Part shown: positions 52,014 to 64,000 of the stretch, piece after piece
Layout: each line of letters starts with the position of its first letter
Numbering within the stretch: the first letter of the stretch is position 1
Source of the DNA: Hydrolagus affinis
Lineage: Eukaryota
Assembly (NCBI GenBank): GCA_012026655.1
Contig: JAAILG010001022.1
Span: 1 to 64,000 of the forward strand
Reading direction: 5' to 3'
DNA length: 64,000 nt
Translations under genes and position numbers: made by a program
Notes under the pieces: model-generated
Seen by the model: only the letters and a program-made list of their open reading frames with translations
Databases searched by the model: none
Told to the model about the DNA's origin: nothing

Positions 52014-52980
52014 TATCATCAATGGTACGAACGGTAAGAGTGGTTGATGGGTATGGAAAAACAGTTCTGTTTGAATTAGAATGTTTTACAGTCAAAAGTT
52101 TGTGTCTGAAGCACAGCCCTCGTCACATTGAAGAGAACAACAGGAGAGGAAACCCAGAGTAATGCAAAATTAGACTGGAAATTGAATTTTAAAACTCACA
52201 CCAATTCCGTGAAGGGTCAAGGTAGAATCTATGATGGATGGGTTTGGTGCAGGGAGGAATCCCAGAAACAAAAATAGCCCACATTTCACATTTCATGAAA
52301 TGTGATCTTAATTTATTTTAACTTGAAAGCACTCCACAAAAAAAAAAGTAATTTCCTTTCAAAATGCTGCAAGGCGAGAGGATGTTAGGCATATTACCTG
52401 GCGAAATGTGATGATGGGGAAAGGTCGAAAATAAACTCGTCGAACAATTTTCCTTCATTTTCTTTTCAAACTGCAAAAATAGGGAAATGTCTGGAAAGTA
52501 CAGTTATCAAGACAGCACAGGCTCCCAGCTGAATCCCGCTCCGTAATGTGCAAGTGTAGAGAGCACAGATTTGGCCTAATAGTGACAGTGTTTAGTGCTG
52601 CATCCCTTCTGTAATCTCCACATTGAATTGCCTCATGTGGGTGTGTGCCAGTCAGAATGTTAAATGATCAGCTGAGGTGTTGCTAATACCACTGCTGTCC
52701 AACTCAATCAATTTTGCAACCAACATTGCAACAAAACAAAGGCAACAGAACTGCAAGGTGGCTGCAACAGAAAGTGCAGAGCGAAGTGCAATGGAACTAT
52801 TTTCCTACAACACCCGTGCAGTGAGGTTGTAACCTCAACCTCGCCAGTGGACAAAGGTTACAAGTGAAGATCACAGTGGGGGTGGAGGAGTGGAGAATAG
52901 GAACGCCAATTTGCTTCCACAACCATCACCAGAAACAACGAGCAGAAAATTGCATTTGTAAAGCGTCGGGAGAAATGGTC

Positions 52981-53102
52981 GAAACATAGGAACAGGGGGA
53001 GGACATTCAGCCCCTCAAGCCTGTTCCATCATTCTATTAGAATAATTAGATCATGGGTGATCTGTAACTCAAGTCCAATTACCCAGCCTTGCCCCATATC
53101 CT
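52981..53102 (-). mobile_element. CR1 LINE 3' end
   Basis: GAAACATAGGAACAGG...CATTCAGCCCCTCAAGCCTG is the reverse of the CR1 tail. Confidence 0.82.
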
Positions 53103-53278
53103 GTGGCTCTGTGGTTAGAGCACTCGCCTTAGACGTATGAGACACCAATTTTCGTCATACAAGGGTGAGACCTGTGTTCGAATCCAGGCAGGTCAGGGCG
53201 AAACCTTGGGCAAGTTTCCTTACTCCACACGCCTAATAATAATCCCTCCAAAAAAGCCAAATGAATAAAATTGGTTAT
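53101..53278 (+). mobile_element. SINE 5' half with an insertion in the tRNA head
   Basis: Family head with extra bases at 53132-53157. Confidence 0.88.
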
Positions 53279-53433
53279 CATTATTATCGCTTAATATGCC
53301 GACCTAACAAATATCTGTCAACCTCAGTCTAGGGTAGTCTCTGCATTCTTGGTCAAGAAATAGGTTATCGAAGGACATAAATGCAATCAAAACTAACATT
53401 AAAAAGGAGGACATTCTGAAGTATAAAATAATA

Positions 53434-53733
53434 AGAATAATCCTTGCATTTGCTACAGCGCTTTTCACATCTTCTAGTCATCTCAAAGCATTTCACAGAA
53501 TATACTATGAAGTGAATTGACTGTATATAAGTGGGTAAAACGCGGCAACCAATTGCGCACAGCAGCGTCCCACAAACAGTCGTGGATTGAAATGGCCAAT
53601 TTATTTTTTGTTGTTGAGGGATTATTATTAGGCGTGTGGAGTAAGGAAACATGCCTAAGGTAACCTGCCTGGAATTGAACTCAGGTCTCTCGCTTATAGG
53701 GCGAGTGCTCTAACCACTGAGCTACAGGACTTC
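53434..53733 (-). mobile_element. tRNA-derived SINE, near full length
   Basis: Family match. Confidence 0.93.
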
Positions 53734-55113
53734 ACAAAGCATGATCTGGACATTTATCCAGCTGTTAGCTATTAGGAATCATACTCACATTAACAGCTAG
53801 GAAGCAACTTGAGAAGGAGAAAATACAGTGTGATTTGGTTTGTTAATTGACCCAATGATGCAGTACACCTCCAGATAGATATCAAGCACTTAGCAATTTA
53901 AAACCAGGGCAGCTGTTAAAGCAATTCCGTGAACTTTTATGCCCACAGATGGACACAGTCTATATATATTTTTTAATTTTGCCAACGTTTCTTCATTAAT
54001 TATCTTGTCTCATCCTTCACGCATTAACTGCTCACTGCGATATGGTTCCACAGGCACCAAATGTCCTCCACTCCCCTTGCCCACGCATTGAACACTGTTG
54101 CCTGGCTTTGGCTGTTTCCCTTCGCCATAGGAAATACATTTTCTTTCCATTTCCCTCAAGGTAGGTCTTAAAAGAATTGTGTTTTTTTTCTGGTTCTTCC
54201 TCTTTCTACTTCCAACTTAATCCCTCCCTGAGGCTCTTTTTCACGACTTTACAGATTGGTCTTGGAAAATCCTGCCCCGCATATTATTTATTATCGTAGC
54301 TTTTGACATGTAATAACACAGGGATTACTTAGATCCTTTGTGCTTTTCCACTTGCAGGTTGCTGATCAGTTCTGGTGGATGTGGTAAACATTAAACTAAT
54401 ATATATGTGTATATATATATATAACCCCAGCACTCAGCTTGATGCTCTGTGTTATTTTCCCATAACATTTTTCTATACTCTCAGTCCTCTTTACTGTTTA
54501 GCCCTCGTTTGCTGATTCTTCCTAAATTAAAATGAAATTCTTCTTCAAGTATTACATTAACATCTCTTCTCTTTTCCACTTCTCTTTGCCTAAAAGGCTG
54601 TCTATCTGACTGTCTGTCTTGAGATTTAGTTAAATATAAGATGATAATCAGTGTCTGACCGGCTCCTTGAAAGGGTTTAGGATTTTGATGTGTCAATAAT
54701 GTCACTGCTCCAGAGTCTCACCAATCTTTTTTGGTCGGCCAGGTGTCTGACACATGCAGAGATGCATCACCAAGCTCAAGAGTATCCAAACCCCAACTGA
54801 GAATTACATGCAATTATCTTTGCAAAAACTGCATCTGTACCTTTTTAACACTTTAGCTATGGTTCTGTGATGCTCACAGAGTCAGTACTTTTTATTCACT
54901 AACGGAATAGCTGAGAACTTTTCTTTCACAAACAAAGATGTGTCAGGAAGTTTGAAGCCCATTAGTACAGAGGAAAGGACATTTGCACATGGAGCAGTCA
55001 GCATCAAGCATTCCTACGTCAAGTATATGTGTCAGTTCCACGTAACATTTGTTCGCTGCATTTTTGCCCTGATAATGTGCTTTCATTTCAATGCCTGAAG
55101 ATACTGAAGATAC

Positions 55114-55449
55114 GGAGCGCCTGTAGCTCAGTGGTTAGAGCACTCGCCTTACAAGCGTGCAACCTGTGTTCGAATCTAGGCAGATCAGCGCAAAACCTTG
55201 GGCACGTTTCCTTACTCCACACGCCTAATAATAATCCCTCCAACAGAAAAACACAATACAGTAATAAAATTGATCATTTCAATCCACGACTGTTTGTGGT
55301 GCGCAATTGCTGTGCGCAATTGGCTGTCGCATTTCGCCCACAAATATACAGTCAATTCACTTTCAAGTATATTCTGTGAAGCGCTTTGAGACGTCGATAA
55401 GATGTTTTTGAAAAGCGCTATATCAAATGCAAGGATTATTATTATTATT
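55114..55449 (+). mobile_element. tRNA-derived SINE, main family, full length
   Basis: Family match; local GTGCGCAATTG duplication. Confidence 0.93.
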
Positions 55450-55724
55450 CCTGTTGTTCCAATATGATTTGTGTTTGCTTCCTGCATTAGCAATCATTTT
55501 TAGCAAGATTGCCAGTTTAGTGCTATTCCAAGATGCTAAGTTTTATGTCATGCCTCACTATTCACAATTACTCGCTTGGGGGCTCCCCAGTTTATTTCAC
55601 AAAGAGTCTACATAACCAAAGGGCAGAGAAGATCTTTGTGCCGTCAATTTAAGCTAAACTCACTGAATTTGATCCAAATTTAAAGTGACCGGCGATGAAC
55701 TGAGAACATGCTAATAACCCATGG

Positions 55725-55930
55725 CAGGAATGTCCTCCTGATGAAAGGCGCTATACAAAATAAATTAGTCACTTCAATGCATGACTGTTTTTGAGGCACT
55801 GCTGTATGCAATTGGCTACCATGCTTTGCCCACAAAAGATACAGTCAATTCACTTTACAGTGTATTCTGTGAGGGCTTAGAAGATGTGGTACAGCTCTAC
55901 ATCAAATGTAAGGATTTTTATCATTATTAC
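55725..55930 (+). mobile_element. L2 tail fragment followed by a SINE 3' half
   Basis: TGTCCTCCTGATGAAAGGCGCTATAC, then family body. Confidence 0.75.
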
Positions 55931-57237
55931 ATATAAGAATGCGAGTCTTGTTTCATGGTTTTCAAGGCTGTTGATGAATCCAGCAGCTTCCTCCTCCCTG
56001 TGACACAAACACTGCATTCAACAGTGTGAGACTACTGTGCCAGACAGACACCCTTTCTGTTCTTGCTTGTTAAATATATTGGGCATCACTTTTCCTCTGC
56101 TAGGAACACTGAGTGGTTTTGTTGTCTTGCTGACTAGAATTTTAACCTGGAAACACTGGCAGGAAACCATTTTCATTTTCTCTCCAGCGCTCATGTTATT
56201 AAGTTATTGGTCAAGCTTGCGAAAGTAGTTGTAGCCTAGCTCTTATGTTAAATACATCATTCAATTTGACCATCATGTCGCCGATGCTACTAGCAATTAC
56301 ATTCGTTGCCCTTTTAGCGTTTGATCCTTTACTTTTGTTAACAAAGAAGATGGGGTGGAACACACTTATTGGAATTATAATTTCTGTTTCAGAAGTTCCA
56401 TCAAGATTCTAATTAAGATCGTTCTGGTTTTGTATCTTTAGCGTACGGTTTACTCTCGCAATGACTTGCAGATGATCCCTTGATCTCACTATTGTCCTCT
56501 ATGTTCTTTACCAAGTTGCGTGCCCAGGGACTAACACTAACCCATTTGTAGTAATTTACTTGATGAATTGGTATAGTTTCGTCTTACACTTCCAGAATCT
56601 TTTGAAATGTTAAATATTACTATACAGAATGGTAGCTATGTCTTAAAACTTTATTTGCAATCCAAATTGGCAGCAAGGAAATAGAGAACAGATATTAAAG
56701 GCTCAATCAATAGAAAATAAAAGGCACTGGTGTCATAAATCTCGAGACAGCGTTGCAGATACATTTTCTCTCTGCTTCAACAAAGCCAGCTTTCTTCAAA
56801 CCATCTTCTTGCCCTCAAGGCAAGGGTCACTTGAGTTCCCATACTGTCCACACAAGAATATCCGACATGAACTGGCAGCTTTGTTAGTCCTCACTTTTAA
56901 TCTCCACCGAGAAGTTTGAGATTTAGAGGTTTTTTTCAAGGTATCAAAAGAGCTCCATACCTCTGAAATTAGAATTCGGATATGAGTAACTGCCTCTGTA
57001 CGTTATACTATGTGAAACAGAATACTTATATCAGAACTATTAAGAGCTACTATGCTTGTCTAGTCTATAGGCGGGTGGGAGGCAGTGACTTCAGTAACTA
57101 CATCAAATACCATCAATGACAAATAAATCCAATCTACCAGCTTCCTGGAACAAATAGAGTTTTTATATATTTTTTAACCCTTCACACCTGTACATCCAGT
57201 TAATTTTTTTCTCAGATACCTTAATGATATACAGTAC

Positions 57238-57650
57238 TAATAATCCTTACCTTTGATATACAATATCGCTTTTTCACATCGTCACAAAGTTGCACAAGAT
57301 TTTTTTCCACTGGAAAATGTGGGGTCAACCGAACAGTGGCGGCAGGCAATTTGCGCAGAGTAATGTCGCACAATGAAGTGAGCGACCAATTTTATCTGTG
57401 AGATTGATAGCCGGGAGACCATTTTCTTTTTCAACAGAGCAACGGAATCGTTCATGTCGGCCTGAAGAGAGAAATGGGACCTTAGTTTAATGTCTCATCT
57501 GAAGTCAATGCAGCACCTCTGACAATGCTCCTCAAGCCTTTGCATTGGAGTGTCAGGCTAGACAATGAACTGAAAGATCTGACTTGGGGTTTGAATCCGA
57601 CACCTACCTTCTGACTGGCAAAGGCAAAGGTGCGACCAACTGAGCTGGGA
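57238..57650 (-). mobile_element. Old Deu-domain SINE relic with tRNA-like head
   Basis: GTTTAATGTCTCATCTGAAG...GCACCTCTGACAATGC...TGCATTGGAGTGTCAG...CCTTCTGACT. Confidence 0.78.
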
Positions 57651-57704
57651 TGACATCTGAAAATGAGATCTGACATTCTTTACATTTCTTAAAAGCTGGA
57701 GAGA

Positions 57705-57920
57705 AACAACAACAACAACAAAATTGCACTTATATAGCGCCTTTCACGTCGGGAGCATGTCTCAAAGTGCTGAACAGTCAGGTCGGGACCCGAGTGGGAT
57801 GGGGGTGGGAGGGTCGTGGTAGGGGGAAGGGGAAGGAGAGTGGGAGAGGGGGAAGAGTTAGTGGGGCAGCCGAAGGCGTGATCGAAGAGGAAGGTCTTGA
57901 GACCTGCCTTGAAGGAGGAC
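57705..57920 (-). mobile_element. LINE2 3' fragment
   Basis: (AAC)n tail and GAAGAGGAAGGTCTTGAGACCTGCCTTGAAGG. Confidence 0.9.
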
Positions 57921-57974
57921 GACCTAAAGCTCCCTTTTAATTCCTCGCATCCACAATTTCACCCTAAGCATCGT

Positions 57975-58230
57975 CACAAAGACCCACTCCTTGAATGATA
58001 ATTAATCAGCTGCCTGTTGAATGATTTTGCATGATAAGTTAAATCAATAAAAATTGATACTGATATACTGCATGATTGAATAGGACTCAGGGCAGCTATT
58101 GTTATCAACAATAGCATCACACTGTATAGCTGAAACCCCAAACTGCTTGAATCTACACACGCCATTGTTTGATTTTTGCTGGTTATTGGATGCAGCGCCC
58201 ATCAGATTAACACCTGGACTTTATTTAAAG
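57975..58230. promoter_or_regulatory. Candidate conserved non-coding enhancer
   Basis: TAATTAATC, TTTTGCAT (octamer-like), ATCAATAAA, and ATTGTT/AACAAT Sox pair. Confidence 0.42.
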
Positions 58231-58243
58231 TAATAGTAATTAA

Positions 58244-58557
58244 TAATAATATAAACATGCCTTGCATTTGATATAGCGCTTTTCACGTCTTCTAGGCGTC
58301 TCAAAGCTCTTCACAGAATATTCTGTAAAGTGAATTGACAGTATATTTGTGGGCGAAACGCAGCAGCCAATTGCGCACAGCAGTGTCCCCACAAACAGTC
58401 GTGGATTGAAATGACCCATTTTTTTTTGGAGGGATTGTTATTAGGCGCGTGTGTGTGTGGAGTAAGGAAACTTGCCCAATGTTTCACCCTGACCTACCTG
58501 CCTGGATTCGAACATAGGTCTCACGCTTGTAAGGCGAGTGCTCTAACCACTGAGCTC
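58244..58557 (-). mobile_element. tRNA-derived SINE, main family, full length
   Basis: Family match. Confidence 0.93.
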
Positions 58558-59074
58558 CACAAATCTGTGGGCTCACATTCCCTTCATTGGGGCTCGAACC
58601 TGCAACAACCTCCTGCCCCTGGAGAGAAGAGAAAGGACGATGGGGTGAGCCCCACAGAGTCCTCTAATGACAGGGGCAAGTAGGAGCAGCCGGGCAGGGG
58701 GTTGATTGGGGTGAGGGATGGGGAGAGAGTGGGGTTGAGAGGGTAGAATGTGGCTGGAATCATCAATTTACTATAAAAGAACATTCAAATAACTTGGGTC
58801 AGTGCCTTAATTGATATTAACCTTCTTACGCATGGGGTTATTTCTCACCAAACAACTGTAATTGTTTGTCATGTTCCAGATCATTAGGGCAAATCACTCC
58901 ACAAACAGAAGGGAGGAACCCACCGTCCTTCACAAAAGATGTACAGTTGCAGTGCTGTGATACAGTCATTTGGCAGATATTACTTTGTGTTTGTTCCCGC
59001 GGTGATGGGGCATAGGAGGATGCTGTTTGTTCATGTGGTGGGGTATATGCGTGTGTGTATATGAGGGGACACAT

Positions 59075-59150
59075 TGACTGGCCAGCGTCTTGGGACGTCC
59101 TCCTGACGTGAAAGGCGCTATACACATGCAATTTTGTTGTTGCTGTTTGC
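59075..59150 (+). mobile_element. LINE2 3' tail
   Basis: TTGGGACGTCCTCCTGACGTGAAAGGCGCTATAC. Confidence 0.85.
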
Positions 59151-60269
59151 TGTTTACTATAAGATAATGTGAGATAGAAAAACGCTGTCCTGGTTTATTT
59201 GGGAATTATTTACTTACAATCTGCAATCTGGCTTATACGTCTCTATGGAAGAAAGCTAACTGAACATTAGCTAGGTACTCAGGCAATTGACTGACTCTAC
59301 CATCGCATTAGTGGTGCAAGGCCTAATTGTAAAGATTAGTATCGGTGCAGTGGCGTTGATGTGATGCTATTCGTCACTCAACCAGTGAAAACAGGGTTTT
59401 TTGTTATCCCCATGTTTCTTTATGATCTTTTAGAAAATGTTCCAAATAGGCCACTGATTTGTGTAAAAATATGAATGGACAATGATGGGCATTGAGTTAA
59501 ATAAGAGCGGTGTCAGAAAAATAAGATCTGTGTGTGCTCATGGATCAAATGTTAAAAATTTGCTACATGCGCTGGTAAGATACGTAGCGAGTTAAGTATG
59601 TAAGTCAATCTGTAGGGGTATCATTGAAAATAATTGATTCAGACAAGCTGGACTATTAATGAGAATCCATTGAACTCTTTGGTTCAGTTCTGTCCTCCAA
59701 AATTTCAAGAAGATGTAAAGCCTTTGCAAAGATTTCAAAGGAAAAGAGAATTGCTACCTACCATAGCAAGCCTCAAACTTTGATTTAAAGCATAAAGTTA
59801 TAGCACTGGGGGAGGGGAGGGGGAATCGGGGAATGTTATTCTCCAAATTACACATTTGTGCCATTTAGCCCAAATTGTCCATGAGGAACATAGACAGGTA
59901 CTGAGGTAAGAGGGAGATAAGAAAGGTGGTGCAAGACCTCAATATGGACTTTAGCAGTGAGTAAGTCTGATCTTCTCACAGGCTTTTCACATTCCTTACC
60001 TCTTGAAAATGATGCGATGGGGGGGGGAAGGAGGTGGAGTGGGGATTAGCATTTTTTTTTGCAAGGGCAGCTTGTTATATTAAAAAGAAAATTTGTGCGT
60101 TCTACACATTTTGTGCAAATATATATTTACAAGCTTGCTGCCTCTGCAATACACTGATAACACAGAACCCTGTGCCTTTAACAGCACCCAAGATTCTGTT
60201 CATGTCAAAATCTGCCTTCCAACAATAATGAGTCCACCGGAAACATTTAGACTGTTTAAGGTGCGTGGT

Positions 60270-60480
60270 GGGGGTAAAAAAAAGCTAATGCAGCATAAAA
60301 TGACTTCAGAAAATCTGTTGTTTTGTCAGATCATTGGTGACCGTGTCATTAAAGCTGACTCTCGCTTAGAAATGACAGTGCATTATTGAGGGTCATTGGC
60401 TCCCACCACATTTAGATCAATTTCGAATCAGTCTGTAATTACCCTGTTTGTTCATAGATTGATCCAGATTTATTGTGGTC
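60270..60480. promoter_or_regulatory. Candidate conserved non-coding enhancer
   Basis: CATAAAA, TCATTAA, TGACAG, TAATTA and AGATTTATTG motifs clustered in unique sequence. Confidence 0.42.
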
Positions 60481-60874
60481 CTGTGTACATTCTTCATGGA
60501 GTTTCAGTCAGAATCAGTTTTCCACAACGGAGTAAACAAATTTAATTGCTTTCTTCAGCAGCTTGGGATGGCATTCAACCGATTCCCATTCCCAGAACAG
60601 AACAGAAGCCAGCCGCAAAACACGGTCCGTAAAATCCATAAATGTTTATGCTTCCCAGAATGACTCGATTACAGACTGAGCTAAATGGGTGTTTGTTTCG
60701 CCTACAGTTAAATGAGAAAATATATTTTCTCATTTGGTTGTGATGTTATTCTTCCTTGCTGCAACCTTTCCTGCTTTTCCTGCATACCCTCTTTCCGTTC
60801 TTCTTGTAGCTTCTTTTTCACCGTCCCCAAGGTGTTTGATTATCCATCTTCCTCTTATCAGGTACATTATCCAG

Positions 60875-61000
60875 TTCGCCCACAAATACTCAGTCAATTC
60901 ACTTTATGGTATGTTCTGTGAAGTGCTTTGAGACATCTAGAAGACGTGAAAAGGCACTATATCAAATGCAAGGAATATTATTAGTATTATTATTATTACG
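60875..61000 (+). mobile_element. SINE 3' fragment
   Basis: Family tail. Confidence 0.88.
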
Positions 61001-62990
61001 TATGGATCCCTTGATGTGGTTACGATTCCAGAAATCAACCAAAGAAATTGCTAAAAATTTTTATGGAGCCAATTCAGGACACACAAATGAAGGTGCAGAA
61101 CACTGTTAACCTCCAAAATAATACAACAGAGTCAGGGAAGTGACATAGTGTCTGGCCAGAAAGGCCTTTAAAACAATAGGCACTGAGGGTATTTCAAATT
61201 TCCAAAGTAAATCCAGGAGAAGCTGAGGAGATGGAAGGACCGTAAGAGAGCTGAGGGACTATGAGATAAGAGATAAGCAATAGGCAGAAATATTTCACAG
61301 GCTCCCTTGCTAGAATCTGCTCTTATGGGGATAGATTTTCTTTCCTCCCTGCAGTTAGAGGGAAGGAATACTTTTCCTCCAATTATACAAGTATCACTCG
61401 AAGCATTTTTGACCCAAATCTGATTTTAATCATGTGAATCGCTTTCTCATTGATGACCGCAGCAACAAACAATTCCTTTCCAGTCCCAGAATTTATGTTT
61501 GATAATGTTAGGAAAACACAGTAAAGTAATGCAAAGCACATCGGGAGGTGAGGCAAGTGAAGAGAGAGGGTGAGACCCGAAGTGGGTCTGCAGTTAGCAG
61601 GGATGGTTGAGAGCAGAACAATGTGGTCGGTGACTAAAGATACTGCTACACGACTGTAGCTATGGGAACTAGGTAGCTGGGTTAAGCAAACTCACAGGTT
61701 GCCTCACCAGTCAAAATGGTCACCACCTGCCACTGTTCCACATTCGTCTCACTAAACACGAGACGTCAAACATTTGCGTGGGCATGGAATGGAAAATTGT
61801 GCCACTGACCACTGCCTGTTGCTTTAAGGATTTAAGTGGCAATTGAATAGGGATGACGCAAGGATAAAAGGGAAGAGTGACTGAGCAGATTTTGAAGAGG
61901 TTTGAATTGTAAAGTTGGAATTAAAGGACTGAGTGAATCTGCATTGTGTTTTGGATTACATAATATTACACTGACTGACCGTTTGAAACCACCTTTTTGC
62001 TTTATTTTCATTGAACAGCTCACCTTAGCACACACACACACACACACATACGCGCAAAGGCCTTTCTTGCTTGTGCATTGTGTATAGAGTACTGCTTGAA
62101 TGTAGTGCTGTCCATCATCCCATATGTTCAGAGATGTTCCTTGTTGTAACTCCAATCAATATGTTGCTTGAGGAGTGCTGATGTCCGAGATGGAGACAAG
62201 TCTACACCATCACCCGCCCACAGCAGGGAGTGTGAGTTGACATTTCATTATAGCACTCCCTGGAAAGATTGAAGACTTGCTACTATAAGAATAGGAATAA
62301 ATATCATGGCTTTATTTTTCATGTATGCTGTACGGAGTTTCATGTCATGACATTTTTTTTTATCAACATTTGAAGACTCCTTCCTTTGGGAACATTGGTA
62401 TAAACCTTATCCTCCACCCAACTCCTTGTCAAACAAGATTGAAATGCAGGGTTGGGTTTTTAAGTGCGACTCAAAGCCTTGTGAAGCTATTTTAAGCCAA
62501 AGACAAGCATTGTCCCATGGTATAGTTACTAACATACCGTGACTTTTAAAAGGATGTCATAAATCACTCATACCTTCAGCCATAGTGATTTATGAGTCTT
62601 TCACATTTATGAAAGAATAATGGAAAATTGCACACTGCCAGAGATGCGATATCATATATATTTTCATGAAGATTTCTGTTTGCCTTAAAAAAATGGGAAG
62701 GATAGCTATTTTTATTTGAACTTTGAGCCCCAGCATTGTGGTGAGGACTCTTGATTTTGGTCTTGAAGACAAATATACATTTGCAATGCTGGAACGTTTT
62801 TTTTCTTTGAATATTCACAGTTTTGACGAATCTATTACAGTCGTACCATATTGCTGTATTTTGCACTCAATGCAAAACATTTAAGAATAAAAACATGGCA
62901 CATGCAGTGAAAAGGATGCATGGAACTTCTAACGTGTTGAACATTGAGTTAAACCCTACAGTTAAGCCCATATACAGTACAAGGTTGTTA

Positions 62991-63570
62991 TGGAGTCCTG
63001 TGGCTCAGTGGTCAGAGCAGTCGCCTTGCAAGTGAGACCATTGCATTCCGAATGCAGAAGGAAGCTTTCCAGTTTAAGAGACATCCATCCTCCTTTCATA
63101 TTTTTTGGCTTAACTAAGTTCAACAACACCAACAAAATGACACTTGTATTACATTTTCACATTGGGAGGACGTCCCAAAGCGCTGTTTATGGAATATAGT
63201 AATGTAATAATCCCTAAATTTGATATAGCGCTTTTCACATCTTCTTGAAACGCTTCACAGAATAGATTAGTACTTTAACTCCAGTTAATTGCTGAACCAT
63301 ATAATTGTAGGTTCAGGCCTCGCTTCAGAGAGGGAGCCCATTTTCCATGTTGATACTCCAATGGGGTGATTGATGGTTTTTGAACCAGGCTTTAAACTTA
63401 TCTTCCATCTGCCTGTCCATATAGATATAAAAGATTGCATGGCACTTTCATTCGCCTCATGGCTGTTTGTGGAACTTTGCTGGTGAAAGCGGCTGTGTTT
63501 CCTTTGATAGTAATGACTTGCGAAATTCTCCGAGACAACCTGATAAGGTGCTTTAAAAATGCTCGTTCGT
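62991..63570. mobile_element. Cluster of fragments: SINE head (+), L2 tail (-), SINE tail (-), old Deu-SINE (+)
   Basis: GGAGTCCTGTGGCTCAGTGG; GGGAGGACGTCCC; TTGATATAGCGCTTTTCAC; ATGGCTGTTTGTGGAAC. Confidence 0.72.
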
Positions 63571-64000
63571 TTATTTTTATACCATTAGTCTCTGGGCATA
63601 CTTATACTTTTCATATGTAGCTGTATTCGTTCACTTCACCTGGTATGTTGTATTTCACTCACCAGTTGAACATGAACATTTCGGATCATTAATTATGTCA
63701 TTCATTTTCACACTGCACTTTCAAAATAATTGATTATTAAGCCCTCACACTTATTAGGCTGCATCAGTATTAGTGATACTTAACTATGTCACGCCTTGGG
63801 CCAAATTCTGGGATGTTGACAGTCGAGAGAACCATTAGCATGACATACGAGGCTCCCATTACTGTCTGCTAATTCATGTCAAAATCGAATAGCTGTAGGT
63901 GAGTGACATTCAAACAGCAGTGTCGTCAGTTTCACATTTTAAAAATAACAACAACAACAACTTGACATTGCTAGCCTTTGTGGTAACGTGACAAGACACT

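Noticed and set aside
1-64000. CRISPR array, operon or other prokaryotic system
   Set aside because: The repeats are dispersed eukaryotic retroposons, not regularly spaced, and there are no long ORFs

Overview
Vertebrate genomic DNA, very probably from a cartilaginous fish (a holocephalan such as the elephant shark; inferred only from the repeat families). I found no convincing protein-coding exon. The ORF track is explained by SINE/LINE fragments and chance ORFs. The window is dominated by a ~320-bp tRNA-derived SINE (CORE-like segment, Deu-domain segment, LINE2-type tail; about 14 near-full copies plus many fragments). It also holds older Deu-domain SINE relics, 3' ends of L2 and CR1 LINEs, one Tigger/pogo-like DNA transposon end, and a Penelope-like terminal fragment carrying a minimal hammerhead ribozyme motif (40143-40180, minus strand). 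Between the repeats lie homeobox-motif-rich unique blocks that resemble conserved non-coding enhancers in a gene desert or very large intron. The best candidate for an undescribed unit is a CCAAT/TATA promoter at ~10.1 kb with a strong first splice donor, plausible downstream exons and a poly(A) signal at ~22.9 kb, which suggests a spliced lncRNA or micropeptide gene. Repeat boundaries are approximate, and family names come from recalled consensus sequences rather than a database search.
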